Made by a program: the position numbers and the translations under genes. A stretch of 63,185 nucleotides of DNA, counting the filler, from Octopus bimaculoides (Eukaryota), in the NCBI RefSeq assembly GCF_001194135.2. It is 6 parts of 5 records of this genome, joined end to end, with 100 filler letters (N's around TTAATTAATTAA, not from the genome) between each part and the next. Parts side by side here need not be neighbours in the genome. Positions count along the whole stretch, not along the records: positions 48,202 to 58,542 come from NC_069002.1; positions 58,643 to 60,789 come from NW_026428696.1; positions 60,890 to 63,185 come from NC_068983.1; 3 more parts are not named here. The stretch is one strand, 5' to 3'. Shown here piece by piece: positions 49,353 to 61,816 of this stretch. A model generated the notes under the pieces. The model had not been told where the DNA came from. It saw only the letters and a list, made by a program, of their open reading frames with translations, and made no database searches. Every line of letters starts with the position of its first letter. The stretch's first letter is position 1.

Positions 49353-50405
49353 ACCTATTACCTATTTTTCTTTCTTCGATTGCATTGTTTACACAGATGT
49401 ATTCGTATACGAAACGTCGTACCTTTCAGTGTTGACTCTAAATTCAACAGAAAATATTTAGAGATAAAAATGATATCTATGTTTGTGGCATTTCATGTTA
49501 TTGAAACATGCCCCAGTTATCGGATATTTGTTGTAAATGATGGTCCATAATTCCTTGTTTTTGGTAATTTACTATTCTACCAGAATCAATAAATTCCCAA
49601 AGTTCTTGAAAATCATGTTATCTGTAATAGCAGTTAAATCTTGCCCCACCTCCACTCACATATATAGACTAATATCCCATTTAAATGCTGGTTGGTCGAT
49701 CGATTTCTTAAATCACACTGTTGTATTCTTTAGAGAGATGGTGAGAGGAAATATGAAAGAGAGAGTGAGAGAGAGTTAGCATAATAGGAACAAGATGAGT
49801 GTACATACTAGGCTTTGTGGCAGTAAATGGATACTACACACACACACACAGAGTGAGAGTAACAATAGAGATAAAGATAGAGGAGAGGGAGTACGTGTGT
49901 GTATGTGGTTCTGTGCATATATGGTCCACAAATATAAAAGAACACAAAGTCAAGGTAAAAGAACGCATTTTTATTAGGGTTACGTTCAGGAAAATGGAAG
50001 AAGTATTTAACTTTTCGAGCCTACGCTTTTCTACACAAAGGATAAATGAGAAGAGAAAAAAAAAGGAGGGAGAGAAAAAATGGAGAGGAAAAAAAAAGTG
50101 TGTGAATATACGGTCAAAACGTGCTGGAATGAGCGGAAGAGGAAGTTGGCAAAGAAACAGCAGTGTCTGAGTACGCAGACACGTGTGTGTGTGTGTATGT
50201 GAAACTAATGTTTGCGTGTGTATATGTATGCCTGGGTGCGCACGAATGTGTGTGTTTATGAAGGTAGTGTGTGAATGTATATATATAAAGTACAGTGTTA
50301 ACTGTCGGAAAAAGAGAGTATCCTCAAGCGAAACTCAGAGTATCAGAGAATAACTCAAGAAAACTTTTATACGGGATACATATATATATATATATACATA
50401 TATAT

Positions 50406-50586
50406 TCTTTTACTTGTTTCAGTCATTTGATTGCAGCCATGCTGGAGCACCACCTTTAGCGGAACAAATCGACCCTCAGAACTTTTCTTTGTAAGTCTAG
50501 TACTTATCCTATCGGTAAATTTTACCGAACTGCTAAGTTACGGGGACACACACACACCAGCATCGGTTGCCAAGCGATGGCGGGGT

Positions 50587-50620
<34 letters not shown>

Positions 50621-50773
50621 CGACAGTGTCTGTCAGCCAAATCCACTCACAAGGCTTTAGTCGACCCGAGGCTATAGTAGAAGACACTTGCCCAAGGTGC
50701 CCTGCAGAGGGACTGAACCCAGAACCATGTGGTTGGTAAGCAAGCTACTTACCACACAGCCACTCCTGCACCT
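50406..50773 (-). mobile_element. SINE family B, full length (tRNA head, CORE-like segment, internal microsatellite)
   Basis: Reverse complement: taggtgcaggagtggctgtgtggtaagtagcttg...ctgggttcagtccc...ggcaccttgggcaagtgtcttctactatagcc...aaacaagtaaaaga. The accttgggcaagt segment resembles the CORE-SINE core. Confidence 0.9.
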
Positions 50774-51734
50774 AATATGTACATATTAACTTAATCGAAG
50801 GATTAAGAAGACGCTAATGTGCAGCAGCAGCACCAGCACCTTAGTTACGGGTCGACCCAAGGTTTCTGAGCAACACCCGACAGACAGACAAACAGAAACT
50901 GTGTGAAAAGTCACTGGGTAGATTCTACCTGTATTTTTTTTTTAAAAAAGCAACCATTGCCACACATTCTATTACACTACTTACAGATTACGTTAATGAT
51001 ACTATAAGAGCCTGCGGGATACTCAGTCACGCACAGTATTAAACCATGATTTGATGGTTCGGTTGATAAGATAACTAAAATACTCATCGTCGAAATTGAA
51101 GAAAGATCCTTGTATTTTTTTTCTTCTTTGATTTGTGTCTTAATCGTTTTTGCATACAGTTAGCGAAAATGTGTAGCGTTCAGTCCCTCTCTACCACGGT
51201 GTTAGATTTCAACACTAAACCAAGAGCAGAGCAACAGGGTAACAATTAGAAAATAATTTATTTCTTCCCCTTCATGTTTCTAATTTAAAATTAATTTGGT
51301 TGGAAATAAATCTATGTTACGCTGGTACGAAAATCCCGCCATCTCTTCTAAAAATTCCTTTGTTTCCAAAATGTCAAATCTACTCCTGTTGTTTGTTATA
51401 CTGGTAGAGTCGTTGAATCATTGGAGAGATTGATTCGTGGTAGTTGTAGCAACGCTCTACGCTCCGAGATCAAATCTCGCTAAGACCAACTTTGCCTTTA
51501 ATCCTTTCAGAGTTGATGGAAAATAAGCAACCAACATTAAGATGTGTTGTGGCGTCGGTCTAAAAAAAACTCTGTGTTCTGAAAGCAAAGCCTGTTACAG
51601 TACCTGATGCCAAGCTGCATCAGCCTAAGTCGAGGTCTGTCTCTTGGAGAAACATCAGTGGTGTACAGGAAGAAGAATTGCAAAAATGAACAATCGCCAG
51701 TCTTCTTAAAACATCTTGCTCAAGCATCTGTACA

Positions 51735-51953
51735 TAGGAAGAGGTGATGAGAAGTTCCTTGCTTTGGGTAAAAGAAAATACAGTAGAATCAATTAATTAT
51801 GATTTTATTCAACATATTCCCCTATCAGATTCACACACTTATTGCAGTGTTCCTACAGTTTTTCTAAGCCCAGTAAAAGAACTCAGAAATGTGGGCCTCT
51901 AACAAAGCCTTTTGTGATACCCTTGAAGCCAGTAACTTCAGTATCCCCTCGTG
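51735..51953 (-). mobile_element. Mariner-derived MITE retaining the transposase C-terminal codons
   Basis: Inverted ends gaggtgatgagaagttccttgcttt / aagccagtaacttcagtatcccctcg; minus reading FLLGLEKL*EHCNKCVNLIGEYVE*. Confidence 0.75.
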
Positions 51954-52042
51954 TGTGTGTATATATGATACTTTACTTCAACCCCTTTAATTCTCGATAT
52001 CATTTCTATTCTCTGTAGGTATTTGGTATAATTTTATATATA

Positions 52043-52161
52043 TTCTACTCTAGGCACAGGTCCCGAAATTTTTGGATAGGAGGCCAGTCGATTAGATCCA
52101 CCCCAGTAGGCAACTGGTACTTAATTTATCGACCCCAAAAGAATGAAAGGCAAAGTCGACT
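52043..52161 (-). mobile_element. SINE family A, 3' part
   Basis: aactggtacttaatttatcgaccccaaaagaatgaaaggcaaagtcgac. Confidence 0.8.
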
Positions 52162-52694
52162 TTATATATCAACCTGTCTAACTTGTTTATCCTTACATTT
52201 GCTTATGTGAGTGGATTTGGTAGACGGAAACTGAAAGAAGCCCGTCGTGTGTGTGGGGTGTATGTATATGTGTNNNNNNNNNNNNNNNNNNNNNNNNNNN
52301 NNNNNNNNNNNNNNNNNNNNNNNNNNNNNNNNNNNNNNNNNNNNNNNNNNNNNNNNNNNNNNNNNNNNNNNNNNNNNNNNNNNNNNNNNNNNNNNNNNNN
52401 NNNNNNNNNNNNNNNNNNNNNNNNNNNNNNNNNNNNNNNNNNNNNNNNNNATATATATATATATAGTGTATTGTTCCTTTAAATATAAGACCAACAAAAA
52501 AAAAAAGTATTCCATCCAAGGAGAGATAAGCATCGTTTAATATATACAGTATATTGTGTCTCTACGCGTTTGAGCCTGAAAGATTGCTTGTTGCTTGGAG
52601 ACACAAGACATGTTATGTAAATCTGCAGAATTATCGTGTTTCCATGGCATGAAATTATTAGCAGCTCTTACTTAAATACTGTGTATATATTAAA

Positions 52695-52729
<35 letters not shown>

Positions 52730-52739
52730 NNNNNNNNNN

Positions 52740-52777
<38 letters not shown>

Positions 52778-53604
52778 AATATGAAATATAATAAAACGGA
52801 AACACAGGCATGTGAATAGACGATACGATGTATAGAAGAATCCATTTAATAGTTTTCTGCTGCCAATTTCACCAGTCAGTTACCTTGAGAGATATTACAT
52901 GGCTCTGATATAAAATTGGGCCGGTTTGGATTTAGTGCAGTTTATTAACTGAATGTCATTTCGCCACGAAAATATATTCCAACAATTTATTTATGCGAAT
53001 AGCTGTGTGCTTTATAATAGCTGGTTATCCTTCATATATTTTATGAAATCGTACGTGAACGGAAGAATAGGTAAGTAACATGAGTAGGGAAACCAACATA
53101 ATCAGCTGCGGAAAGAGAAGCTAATAGGCATTTAGAGTAAAGAGAGGCTAACAAAAGCAATAAAGAAAGAGACAGAGAGAGAGAGAGGAAGTTGTGGTTA
53201 CTAGGAAGAGAGGTGAGGTATAGAATTTTGTATTGCTGATTTTCAGAATCGTCATTACGGCTATAATATTTGCATGACGTCCTTTTGAAAAGGATTTCCT
53301 AAACGTATATGGTATCTATAATATAGCCTTCATTGAAGTTAAATTACTCATGGGAGCAAAACACACGAAAAAACCAAGAGTTGGTATATTTAATGCAGTG
53401 AGAAACAAAATAAGCAACCAGGAAAAGATTATAACACACACACACACACACACACGTGCTTAACATTATATTAAATAAGTTAAGGGTTGAGAGATGTTCC
53501 GCATATTCTACAGTCGATAGACTGCGACCATGCTGGAGCACTGACTTGTAGGGCTGGTCGAACAAAATCGACTCCATTACTACTGCAACAACATTACTAT
53601 TATC

Positions 53605-53823
53605 AAGGGGGCAAGCTGGCTGAATGGCTAAGCACGCCGGGCAAAATGCTTGGCGGTATTTCGTCCGTCTTTACGTTCTGAGTTCAAATTCCACCGAGGT
53701 CGACTTTGCCTTTTATCCTTCGGGGTCGATGAAAAAAAAAGTACCAGCTGAGTTCTAGCGTCGATGTAATCGACTATCCCACCCCTACCAAATTTTAGGC
53801 CTTGTGCTTTTAGTAGAAATGAT
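53605..53823 (+). mobile_element. SINE family A, full length
   Basis: aagggggcaagctggctgaatggctaagcacgccgggcaaaatgcttggcggtatttcgtccgtctttacgttctgagttcaaattccaccgagg...ggccttgtgc. Confidence 0.9.
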
Positions 53824-55388
53824 TATCATCATCATAGCGTATAAATATGAATATAGGCGCAAGAGTGGCTGTGTGGTAAGTAGCTTGCTTGCNNNNNNNN
53901 NNNNNNNNNNNNNNNNNNNNNNNNNNNNNNNNNNNNNNNNNNNNNNNNNNNNNNNNNNNNNNNNNNNNNNNNNNNNNNNNNNNNNNNNNNNNNNNNNNNN
54001 NNNNNNNNNNNNNNNNNNNNNNNNNNNNNNNNNNNNNNNNNNNNNNNNNNNNNNNNNNNNNNNNNNNNNNNNNNNNNNNNNNNNNNNNNNNNNNNNNNNN
54101 NNNNNNNNNNNNNNNNNNNNNNNNNNNNNNNNNNNNNNNNNNNNNNNNNNNNNNNNNNNNNNNNNNNNNNNNNNNNNNNNNNNNNNNNNNNNNNNNNNNN
54201 NNNNNNNNNNNNNNNNNNNNNNNNNNNNNNNNNNNNNNNNNNNNNNNNNNNNNNNNNNNNNNNNNNNNNNNNNNNNNNNNNNNNNNNNNNNNNNNNNNNN
54301 NNNNNNNNNNNNNNNNNNNNNNNNNNNNNNNNNNNNNNNNNNNNNNNNNNNNNNNNNNNNNNNNNNNNNNNNNNNNNNNNNNNNNNNNNNNNNNNNNNNN
54401 NNNNNNNNNNNNNNNNNNNNNNNNNNNNNNNNNNNNNNNNNNNNNNNNNNNNNNNNNNNNNNNNNNNNNNNNNNNNNNNNNNNNNNNNNNNNNNNNNNNN
54501 NNNNNNNNNNNNNNNNNNNNNNNNNNNNNNNNNNNNNNNNNNNNNNNNNNNNNNNNNNNNNNNNNNNNNNNNNNNNNNNNNNNNNNCCAGAACTTTCACA
54601 AAATTACATTGTTTTAAACTTTATTAGAGCCTAGAGAATGTATATCTCAAAGTATCGTAGAAAACTATGCATTGAGGAAGTGGATCCCAAATAGATACTT
54701 TTCTTTCTTTTATTTAAATTCTTTTTCAAAATAATCGTATTTCTGTACCCTCGAAAACGTGGATGAGCAGAATTTCATTGAAAACATGTATCCTTAAAAA
54801 GACTTTTGAGGGAGGAGGTTGGTGAGGCATCAAAGTGTAGGTATGCCGCCAAATCTTTAAATCACACTGTACAGTCTTAAAAATAGAACGAAGCATTAGA
54901 TAATGTAGACTAAAGATAGGAGTGATGGTCACGAGTGAAATATTTGATAAGTTTTCTCTGTTATGGCAAACTTGGATGTAAAGAACAACTAAACAATTTT
55001 ATCAACGTAATATGAATATCCAGTTTAAACAATGAACAAAGCTGATTTAACTATTATTTTTGGAGGGAGACGGTGCCTATGAGTTTTATTTATTTATTTC
55101 CTAAACAATTCTTTTTCTGTGTGTGTGCTCCAACCAATGTACGGTCATACTCGTCTCCGTAGTGAGTATCTCATCAGTACTTCCAAAATACGATAAAGTT
55201 TATTTTTCGCCGATGACATCACAAGAGCTTAAATATGTTTGCAGTTGTCTTCCCCTGCTTGCTGAAATAATTGAAATTATATTTGTTTTAACCTAATTTT
55301 ATTTCTTTTTCCTCCTCCTCCTCCCTTTCATAATTGTTTATTCTTCATAACCCTTGCCCATTTAACTCCGCTTATATACCTTAACACC

Positions 55389-55757
55389 AAGGCAGCGAGC
55401 TGGCAGAAACGTTAGCACACCGGGTGAAAGGCTTAGCGGTATTTCAAATTCTGCCGAGGTCGACTTTGCCTTTCATCCTTTCGGGGTCGATAAATTAAGT
55501 ACCAGTTACGCACTGGGGTCGATGTAATCGACTTAATCCTTTTGTCTGTCCTTGTTTGTCCCCTCTATGTTTAGCCCCTTGTGGGCAATAAAGAAATAAG
55601 AAACGTTAGCACACCGGGCGAAATGCTGAGCGGTATTTCGTCTTTACGTTCTGAGTTCAAATTCCGCCGAGGTCGACTTTGCCTTTCATCCTTTCGGGGT
55701 CGATAAATTGAGTACCAGTTACGTACTGGGGTCGATCTAATCGACTGGCCCCCTCCC
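55389..55757 (+). mobile_element. Little-diverged dimeric SINE family A with a ~65-bp linker
   Basis: Two near-identical bodies (gaaacgttagcacaccggg...gccgaggtcgactttgcctttcatcctttcggggtcgataaatt.agtaccagttacg.actggggtcgat) separated by ttaatccttttgtctgtcc...aagaaataa. Confidence 0.85.
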
Positions 55758-56559
55758 NNNNNNNNNNNNNNNNNNNNNNNNNNNNNNNNNNNNNNNNNNN
55801 NNNNNNNNNNNNNNNNNNNNNNNNNNNNNNNNNNNNNNNNNNNNNNNNNNNNNNNNNNNNNNNNNNNNNNNNNNNNNNNNNNNNNNNNNNNNNNNNNNNN
55901 NNNNNNNNNNNNNNNNNNNNNNNNNNNNNNNNNNNNNNNNNNNNNNNNNNNNNNNNNNNNNNNNNNNNNNNNNNNNNNNNNNNNNNNNNNNNNNNNNNNN
56001 NNNNNNNNNNNNNNNNNNNNNNNNNNNNNNNNNNNNNNNNNNNNNNNNNNNNNNNNNNNNNNNNNNNNNNNNNNNNNNNNNNNNNNNNNNNNNNNNNNNN
56101 NNNNNNNNNNNNNNNNNNNNNNNNNNNNNNNNNNNNNNNNNNNNNNNNNNNNNNNNNNNNNNNNNNNNNNNNNNNNNNNNNNNNNNNNNNNNNNNNNNNN
56201 NNNNNNNNNNNNNNNNNTGTTTCAGAATCGTTTGTTTATGTAGTCGGCACTTAATGTATATCGGCTGAATGGACGTCAGTGATTGGTTGAAATTATAGAA
56301 ATACGACAACTTTAACATGGAATAATTTATGGATTTCTTTTTTTTTAAAGAAGACTAAGAGAAAAAGATGTTTTATATGACACATTCTACCAGTGTTCCA
56401 AGTTTCAAAGTGTTTCGTTAATGAAAAATGTGGCCCCCGTTTTAAAAAAGATCCGAAAAGTATATACCGTAACACCCACCGAGCTATATTCAACCTTAAA
56501 TGCAGTCTAACAATAAACAGTTTCTGATATTACTCCTAAATGACACATTTATATGGCTT

Positions 56560-56656
56560 TATCTTTTACTTGTTTCAGTCATTAGACTGTGGCCATGCTG
56601 GAGCACTGTCGTGAAGAAGTTTTAGTCGAATGAATTGAATCAAGTATGTATGAGTG

Positions 56657-56702
<46 letters not shown>

Positions 56703-56880
56703 CATACATACACACACATACAACGAGTTTCTTTCAGCTTCCGTCTACCAAACCCACTCCCAAAGCTTTGATCGGTTCGAGACTACAGCAGACGACACTT
56801 GCCCAAGGTGTCACGCAGTTGGACTGAGCCCGGAACCATGTGGTTAGGAAGCAAACTTCTTACCACACAGCCACGCCTGC
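56560..56880 (-). mobile_element. SINE family B with internal deletion
   Basis: cttttacttgtttcagtcattagactgtggccatgctggagc...gacacttgcccaaggtg...cttaccacacagccacgcctgc. Confidence 0.85.
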
Positions 56881-57318
56881 ATATAAATATAGTTATGTTC
56901 CTTTAATCACCTAAATTTATTCAAAGAAAAATGCGCTCACATACAGTATTAGTAACAAAGAGCTGAACCACAACGGAAAGAATATACACCACGACAATAT
57001 TGCCCCCCCCCCCAAAAAAAAAACTGGGTTGATTATTTATAAACAAAAGGATAGGTGGACTATTATTAAATCTAAACATCTAACTGTGTACGATATGTGA
57101 TTTATAAAGGAAGCGGGAGGAGACGAACAAGATGAGGAAGAGGACGAAGACGAGATTTGTGTGGGACGAAAAACACACGATTTAAATTACACTACTTATC
57201 CCCATTTATCTAGAACAGATATTCGGGGGGAAAAAAGGTGGGGGTGGGGGGGTGGACAAACAACAGCAAAATAAAGAAAGAGAAAAACACAGATTCTGTT
57301 TTGTTGCTTTGGCGCCGT

Positions 57319-57384
57319 GTTTCCATAGCAACGCTAAAGTAGCGACTTCTATAAAATAACAAACGTTTTATTGTGATATCAGTT
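57319..57384 (+). promoter_or_regulatory. Candidate core promoter: RFX X-box + TATA + Inr
   Basis: GTTTCCATAGCAAC (57319-57332), TATAAAA (57350-57356, -31), TCAGTT (57379-57384, +1 = A57381). Confidence 0.5.
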
Positions 57385-57679
57385 GGCACAGATCGACAGC
57401 GTTCTAGCCATGTACATCTACACTGACAGAAGGGAGAGCTAACGCCCAGAGCTACGGTTGTTGTCATTGTTGTGTTATTGTTGTTGTTTTTCTTTGTTTT
57501 TTGTTCTTGTTTAGTCCCAGATTAACCCCGATCGAGCAAGACGTATGATCCAACGCATTCCGTATTTGACCCCCACCCCTTTTCATTATTCAAAACAGAA
57601 TGTATCCAAGACAGTCGTTTACTTAAAGAAGATTTTCGCTAAATAAATTATCAAATATATCCATTTTATTTTTTTTCCG

Positions 57680-57990
57680 TTGAAGTGGTTGTGTGGTTGA
57701 GAACCTTGCTTTCGAGTCTTATAGTCTAGGGTTCAGTTCCACTGCGTGTCACCTCGGGCAAGTGTATTCTGCTGTAGCTTCGGGCGGACCAAAGCCTTGT
57801 GAGTGGATTTAGTAGACAGAAACTGAAAGAAACCCCACGTGTATGTGTGTGTTCTTTATGTTTGTTTTCTGCCACCACTTGACAAGCAGTGCTAGTCCAT
57901 TTACTCCCCGTAACTGAGCGATTCAGCAAAAGTGTGCGACATAATAAGTGCCAGATTTCAAAGTGCCAGGAGTTGATTTGTTCGACCAAA
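57680..57990 (+). mobile_element. SINE family B, older copy
   Basis: gtggttgtgtggttgagaacc...agggttcagttccactgcgtgtcacctcgggcaagtg...ccaaagccttgtgagtggattt. Confidence 0.8.
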
Positions 57991-59063
57991 CCTTGTGGGT
58001 GGCAACTCAGAATTAATCGTAGACTGAAACATGTAAAATATAAACGATGACCGTTTCCGTTTCATAGACGATAGGATGTGGTTTGAGAAAGAATCTGGTT
58101 GTTAATTCCAGCAGGTCGAGAAATCTACGTATAACCACCCACACTGAGATAACCTTTAACTCAACGATGAACTCCTTTAACGACAGAAACAACAATTAAA
58201 ACAGACATCCGTTTGCCATTCTCAAACACATATAGCAATAATTAAGTTAGAGATATGGTAGTACTTGCTAGAATCTGCATGAATCTTTGATATTTTAGAG
58301 TGAAGCGGAATGGTAAATTTCTTAAAAGTCTGCTACTACAACCTCTGTGTTGCTAATAAATAATCTTCAATGTTGGTAAATATGTCACACGGTTAGCAAT
58401 TCCAGATAACATCATACATATTTATATATAACACTGCGTTTCTGTACAGCTGTTGGCACGAGATTCAGTAAGTCTTCACGTGCATGTTTACACCACTCCT
58501 ATACTGCTTGTGTGTGTATATACACCCCCACTATATATATATNNNNNNNNNNNNNNNNNNNNNNNNNNNNNNNNNNNNNNNNNNNNTTAATTAATTAANN
58601 NNNNNNNNNNNNNNNNNNNNNNNNNNNNNNNNNNNNNNNNNNGTGTGTGTGTGTGTGTGTGTGTGTGCCTTACTTCTGTATAGAACCTTGGGATTGTATA
58701 TGTATGTCAGCTGATGCGATTTACATCTGAGATTTTCAAAACGTTGGTAAATTTCTCTCTGTTCATTCTAATTAACGAATCTTAACGCCATGGTGTTGAT
58801 CACCATTTAAAATACCTTGCAAACTTATCGTCACCGCAAAAACTTCTGAGTAGCTCCTGCAGATTCTCCGTGGGGGTAAAGCATCTCCCGTGTGAATTTC
58901 ACCTATATATATATAAAGATCATTACTTATAATTACTTTATTATAGCAGATATAAATATATACAGAGAGACAGTGAGGAAGAGAGAGATGTGTATGTACA
59001 TGTGTATATATATATGTGTGTGTGTATTCTAAATGGACACCTGTCTCTAACCTATATATATAC

Positions 59064-59116
<53 letters not shown>

Positions 59117-60072
59117 NNNNNNNNNNNNNNNNNNNNNNNNNNNNNNNNNNNNNNNNNNNNNNNNNNNNNNNNNNNNNNNNNNNNNNNNNNNNNNNNNNNN
59201 NNNNNNNNNNNNNNNNNNNNNNNNNNNNNNNNNNNNNNNNNNNNNNNNNNNNNNNNNNNNNNNNNNNNNNNNNNNNNNNNNNNNNNNNNNNNNNNNNNNN
59301 NNNNNNNNNNNNNNNNNNNNNNNNNNNNNNNNNNNNNNNNNNNNNNNNNNNNNNNNNNNNNNNNNNNNNNNNNNNNNNNNNNNNNNNNNNNNNNNNNNNN
59401 NNNNNNNNNNNNNNNNNNNNNNNNNNNNNNNNNNNNNNNNNNNNNNNNNNNNNNNNNNNNNNNNNNNNNNNNNNNNNNNNNNNNNNNNNNNNNNNNNNNN
59501 NNNNNNNNNNNNNNNNNNNNNNNNNNNNNNNNNNNNNNNNNNNNNNNNNNNNNNNNNNNNNNNNNNNNNNNNNNNNNNNNNNNNNNNNNNNNNNNNNNNN
59601 NNNNNNNNNNNNNNNNNNNNNNNNNNNNNNNNNNNNNNNNNNNNNNNNNNNNNNNNNNNNNNNNNNNNNNNNNNNNNNNNNNNNNNNNNNNNNNNNNNNN
59701 NNNNNNNNNNNNNNNNNNNNNNNNNNNNNNNNNNNNNNNNNNNNNNNNNNNNNNNNNNNNNNNNNNNNNNNNNNNNNNNNNNNNNNNNNNNNNNNNNNNN
59801 NNNNNNNNNNNNNNNNNNNNNNNNNNNNNNNNNNNNNNNNNNNNNNNNNNNNNNNNNNNNNNNNNNNNNNNNNNNNNNNNNNNNNNNNNNNNNNNNNNNN
59901 NNNNNNATATATTAGCGCTTTCGTTCGTCTTTCGAACTTGTCAAATATAATTCTGTGAAAATACAGAGATCTCTGTGAAAATACAGAGATCTCTATTTTC
60001 CAAAATTTTGACGACTTTTTTTTCAATATTTAAATCTGTACATCACACCTAACACTTTACACACACACACAC

Positions 60073-60170
<98 letters not shown>

Positions 60171-60758
60171 ATATACGCGCAATTGCGTGCTTAAATTCTT
60201 TCCCTTCCCTCACGCACGCACATTAACGCACATTTTATTCACAATTTACACCTAACGTCTTCTCAAATATCGTTACTTTCTCAACGAAACGAGACCATTT
60301 CACAGCCCTACCATTAGTTATCTATATGTTCAATATTTACAGACTTTTACTGTTTTCTTTCTAATATCTGTATCTGCCTGCAATGTGTTTACCTTGGATC
60401 AAACAAACCTAGGTGGACAAATATATCTAGGGGTAGAGGAATATTTTGTCAATTAATCTTACATTTCTCGAAACACAGCGAATATGAATTTATTACGATT
60501 ATTTCTACTGTAGGTCCGAACCCTACTTCCATTCGTTATTTACGAAGCATATATTGTACAATGATTTCTTCAATCTATTATATTTTGACTGGAGATAAAC
60601 GGATATAAAGGATTCGCGTACTTTCGCTGTATTTCTAGGAATGGGAACAAGTCAGGCCGGTTGTAAGGATGGTATATACGTTTCTGTCACCTGAGTACAT
60701 ACGTATTCGATCACCCAAAAAATATGCATATATATATATGTAGGTAGATAGATAGATC

Positions 60759-60789
<31 letters not shown>

Positions 60790-60889
60790 NNNNNNNNNNN
60801 NNNNNNNNNNNNNNNNNNNNNNNNNNNNNNNNNTTAATTAATTAANNNNNNNNNNNNNNNNNNNNNNNNNNNNNNNNNNNNNNNNNNNN

Positions 60890-60920
<31 letters not shown>

Positions 60921-61439
60921 ATATAAAAGGATGAAAAGTGCAATGGTAAAGTTGGAAATATATTTTATGGCTAGAATCTTACAGCTGTTTCTGGGAAGAT
61001 CCAGTACTTCCCTTAATCGGAGACAGAAATAGTAAAGGAATCGGTTATTATATCCATAGGCGGAGAGTTATAGTACGAAGTGAGAGTGAGTGTGATGCGA
61101 TGAAAAAAGAAAGAAAGAGAGAACAGTACTTGGTTTGTAGTTTCATTCCAGTAGTAAGTATCCGTGTAAAGTAATCCTTGTGGGAATTTTCCGGAAATAG
61201 TTGCTGCCATATTGTGTCCGACGTATATTGCTTGTGTTTACTTGAAAGGATGCCCCAAGTCAAGTCAATTTACCATTGCTCTCGTTATCCTTTTATATAT
61301 TTACACATACGCACGCTAATACACGACTTATAATCCCCAATCCTGTTCATACAACGACTGGGGCAAACTAATCGGTATACAGCACTTACTCGGTATTACC
61401 TGTGTCTTTGGGTTTCGTTGGATCCAATACCCTTCCTCA

Positions 61440-61479
<40 letters not shown>

Positions 61480-61796
61480 CATTCAAAAGTACGTTTGCAG
61501 GTAATATGAGCCTTTGACATTTTATGCAAAGTGGTTTTTAACCCACAATTCACATGTTCTCCTGCATAGCTTTATCTGCGGCCAGGTCCATCATTACAAA
61601 AATGACACACACACACACAATTACTCACAGGCACGCACACACGATACAATTTTCAGTAGCCGATAGAATCAAAATATGTAAAAGTGGTAACCAAGATGAG
61701 AGGGTGAATACAGATTACTTGCCAAGTATTTAGCCTCGTGTGCCGATACTGCCCATAAGAAAGAAACGAATAATACAATGTGGCTGAAAATTATAA

Positions 61797-61816
61797 GACC
61801 AGGGCAACGCCAGGAT
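61797..61816 (+). mobile_element. Possible Helitron 3' hairpin (terminus lost in a gap)
   Basis: gaccagggcaacgccaggat resembles the cccaagcaacgccgggat hairpin of the 20222 terminus; N gap follows. Confidence 0.35.

Noticed and set aside
52884-52904. 21-nt symmetric minus-strand exon candidate (PCNISQ)
   Set aside because: Reasonable splice signals but too short to support without transcripts.
16165-57760. tRNA genes
   Set aside because: A/B-box-like segments are heads of multicopy SINEs and continue into SINE bodies; no complete cloverleaf seen.
58816-58902. 87-nt phase-1 minus-strand exon candidate (EIHTGDALPPRRIC...)
   Set aside because: The acceptor is a (TA)n run without a pyrimidine tract; no recognisable homology.
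27995-60845. TTAATTAATTAA islands at 27995, 39499, 48146, 58587 and 60834
   Set aside because: Identical 12-mer always embedded between N runs; it gives stops in all six frames, as expected of an assembly or scaffolding spacer, not biology.
61013-61210. Minus ORF with YYWNETTNQ resembling a WW domain
   Set aside because: Lacks both signature tryptophan positions and the terminal proline; probably chance.
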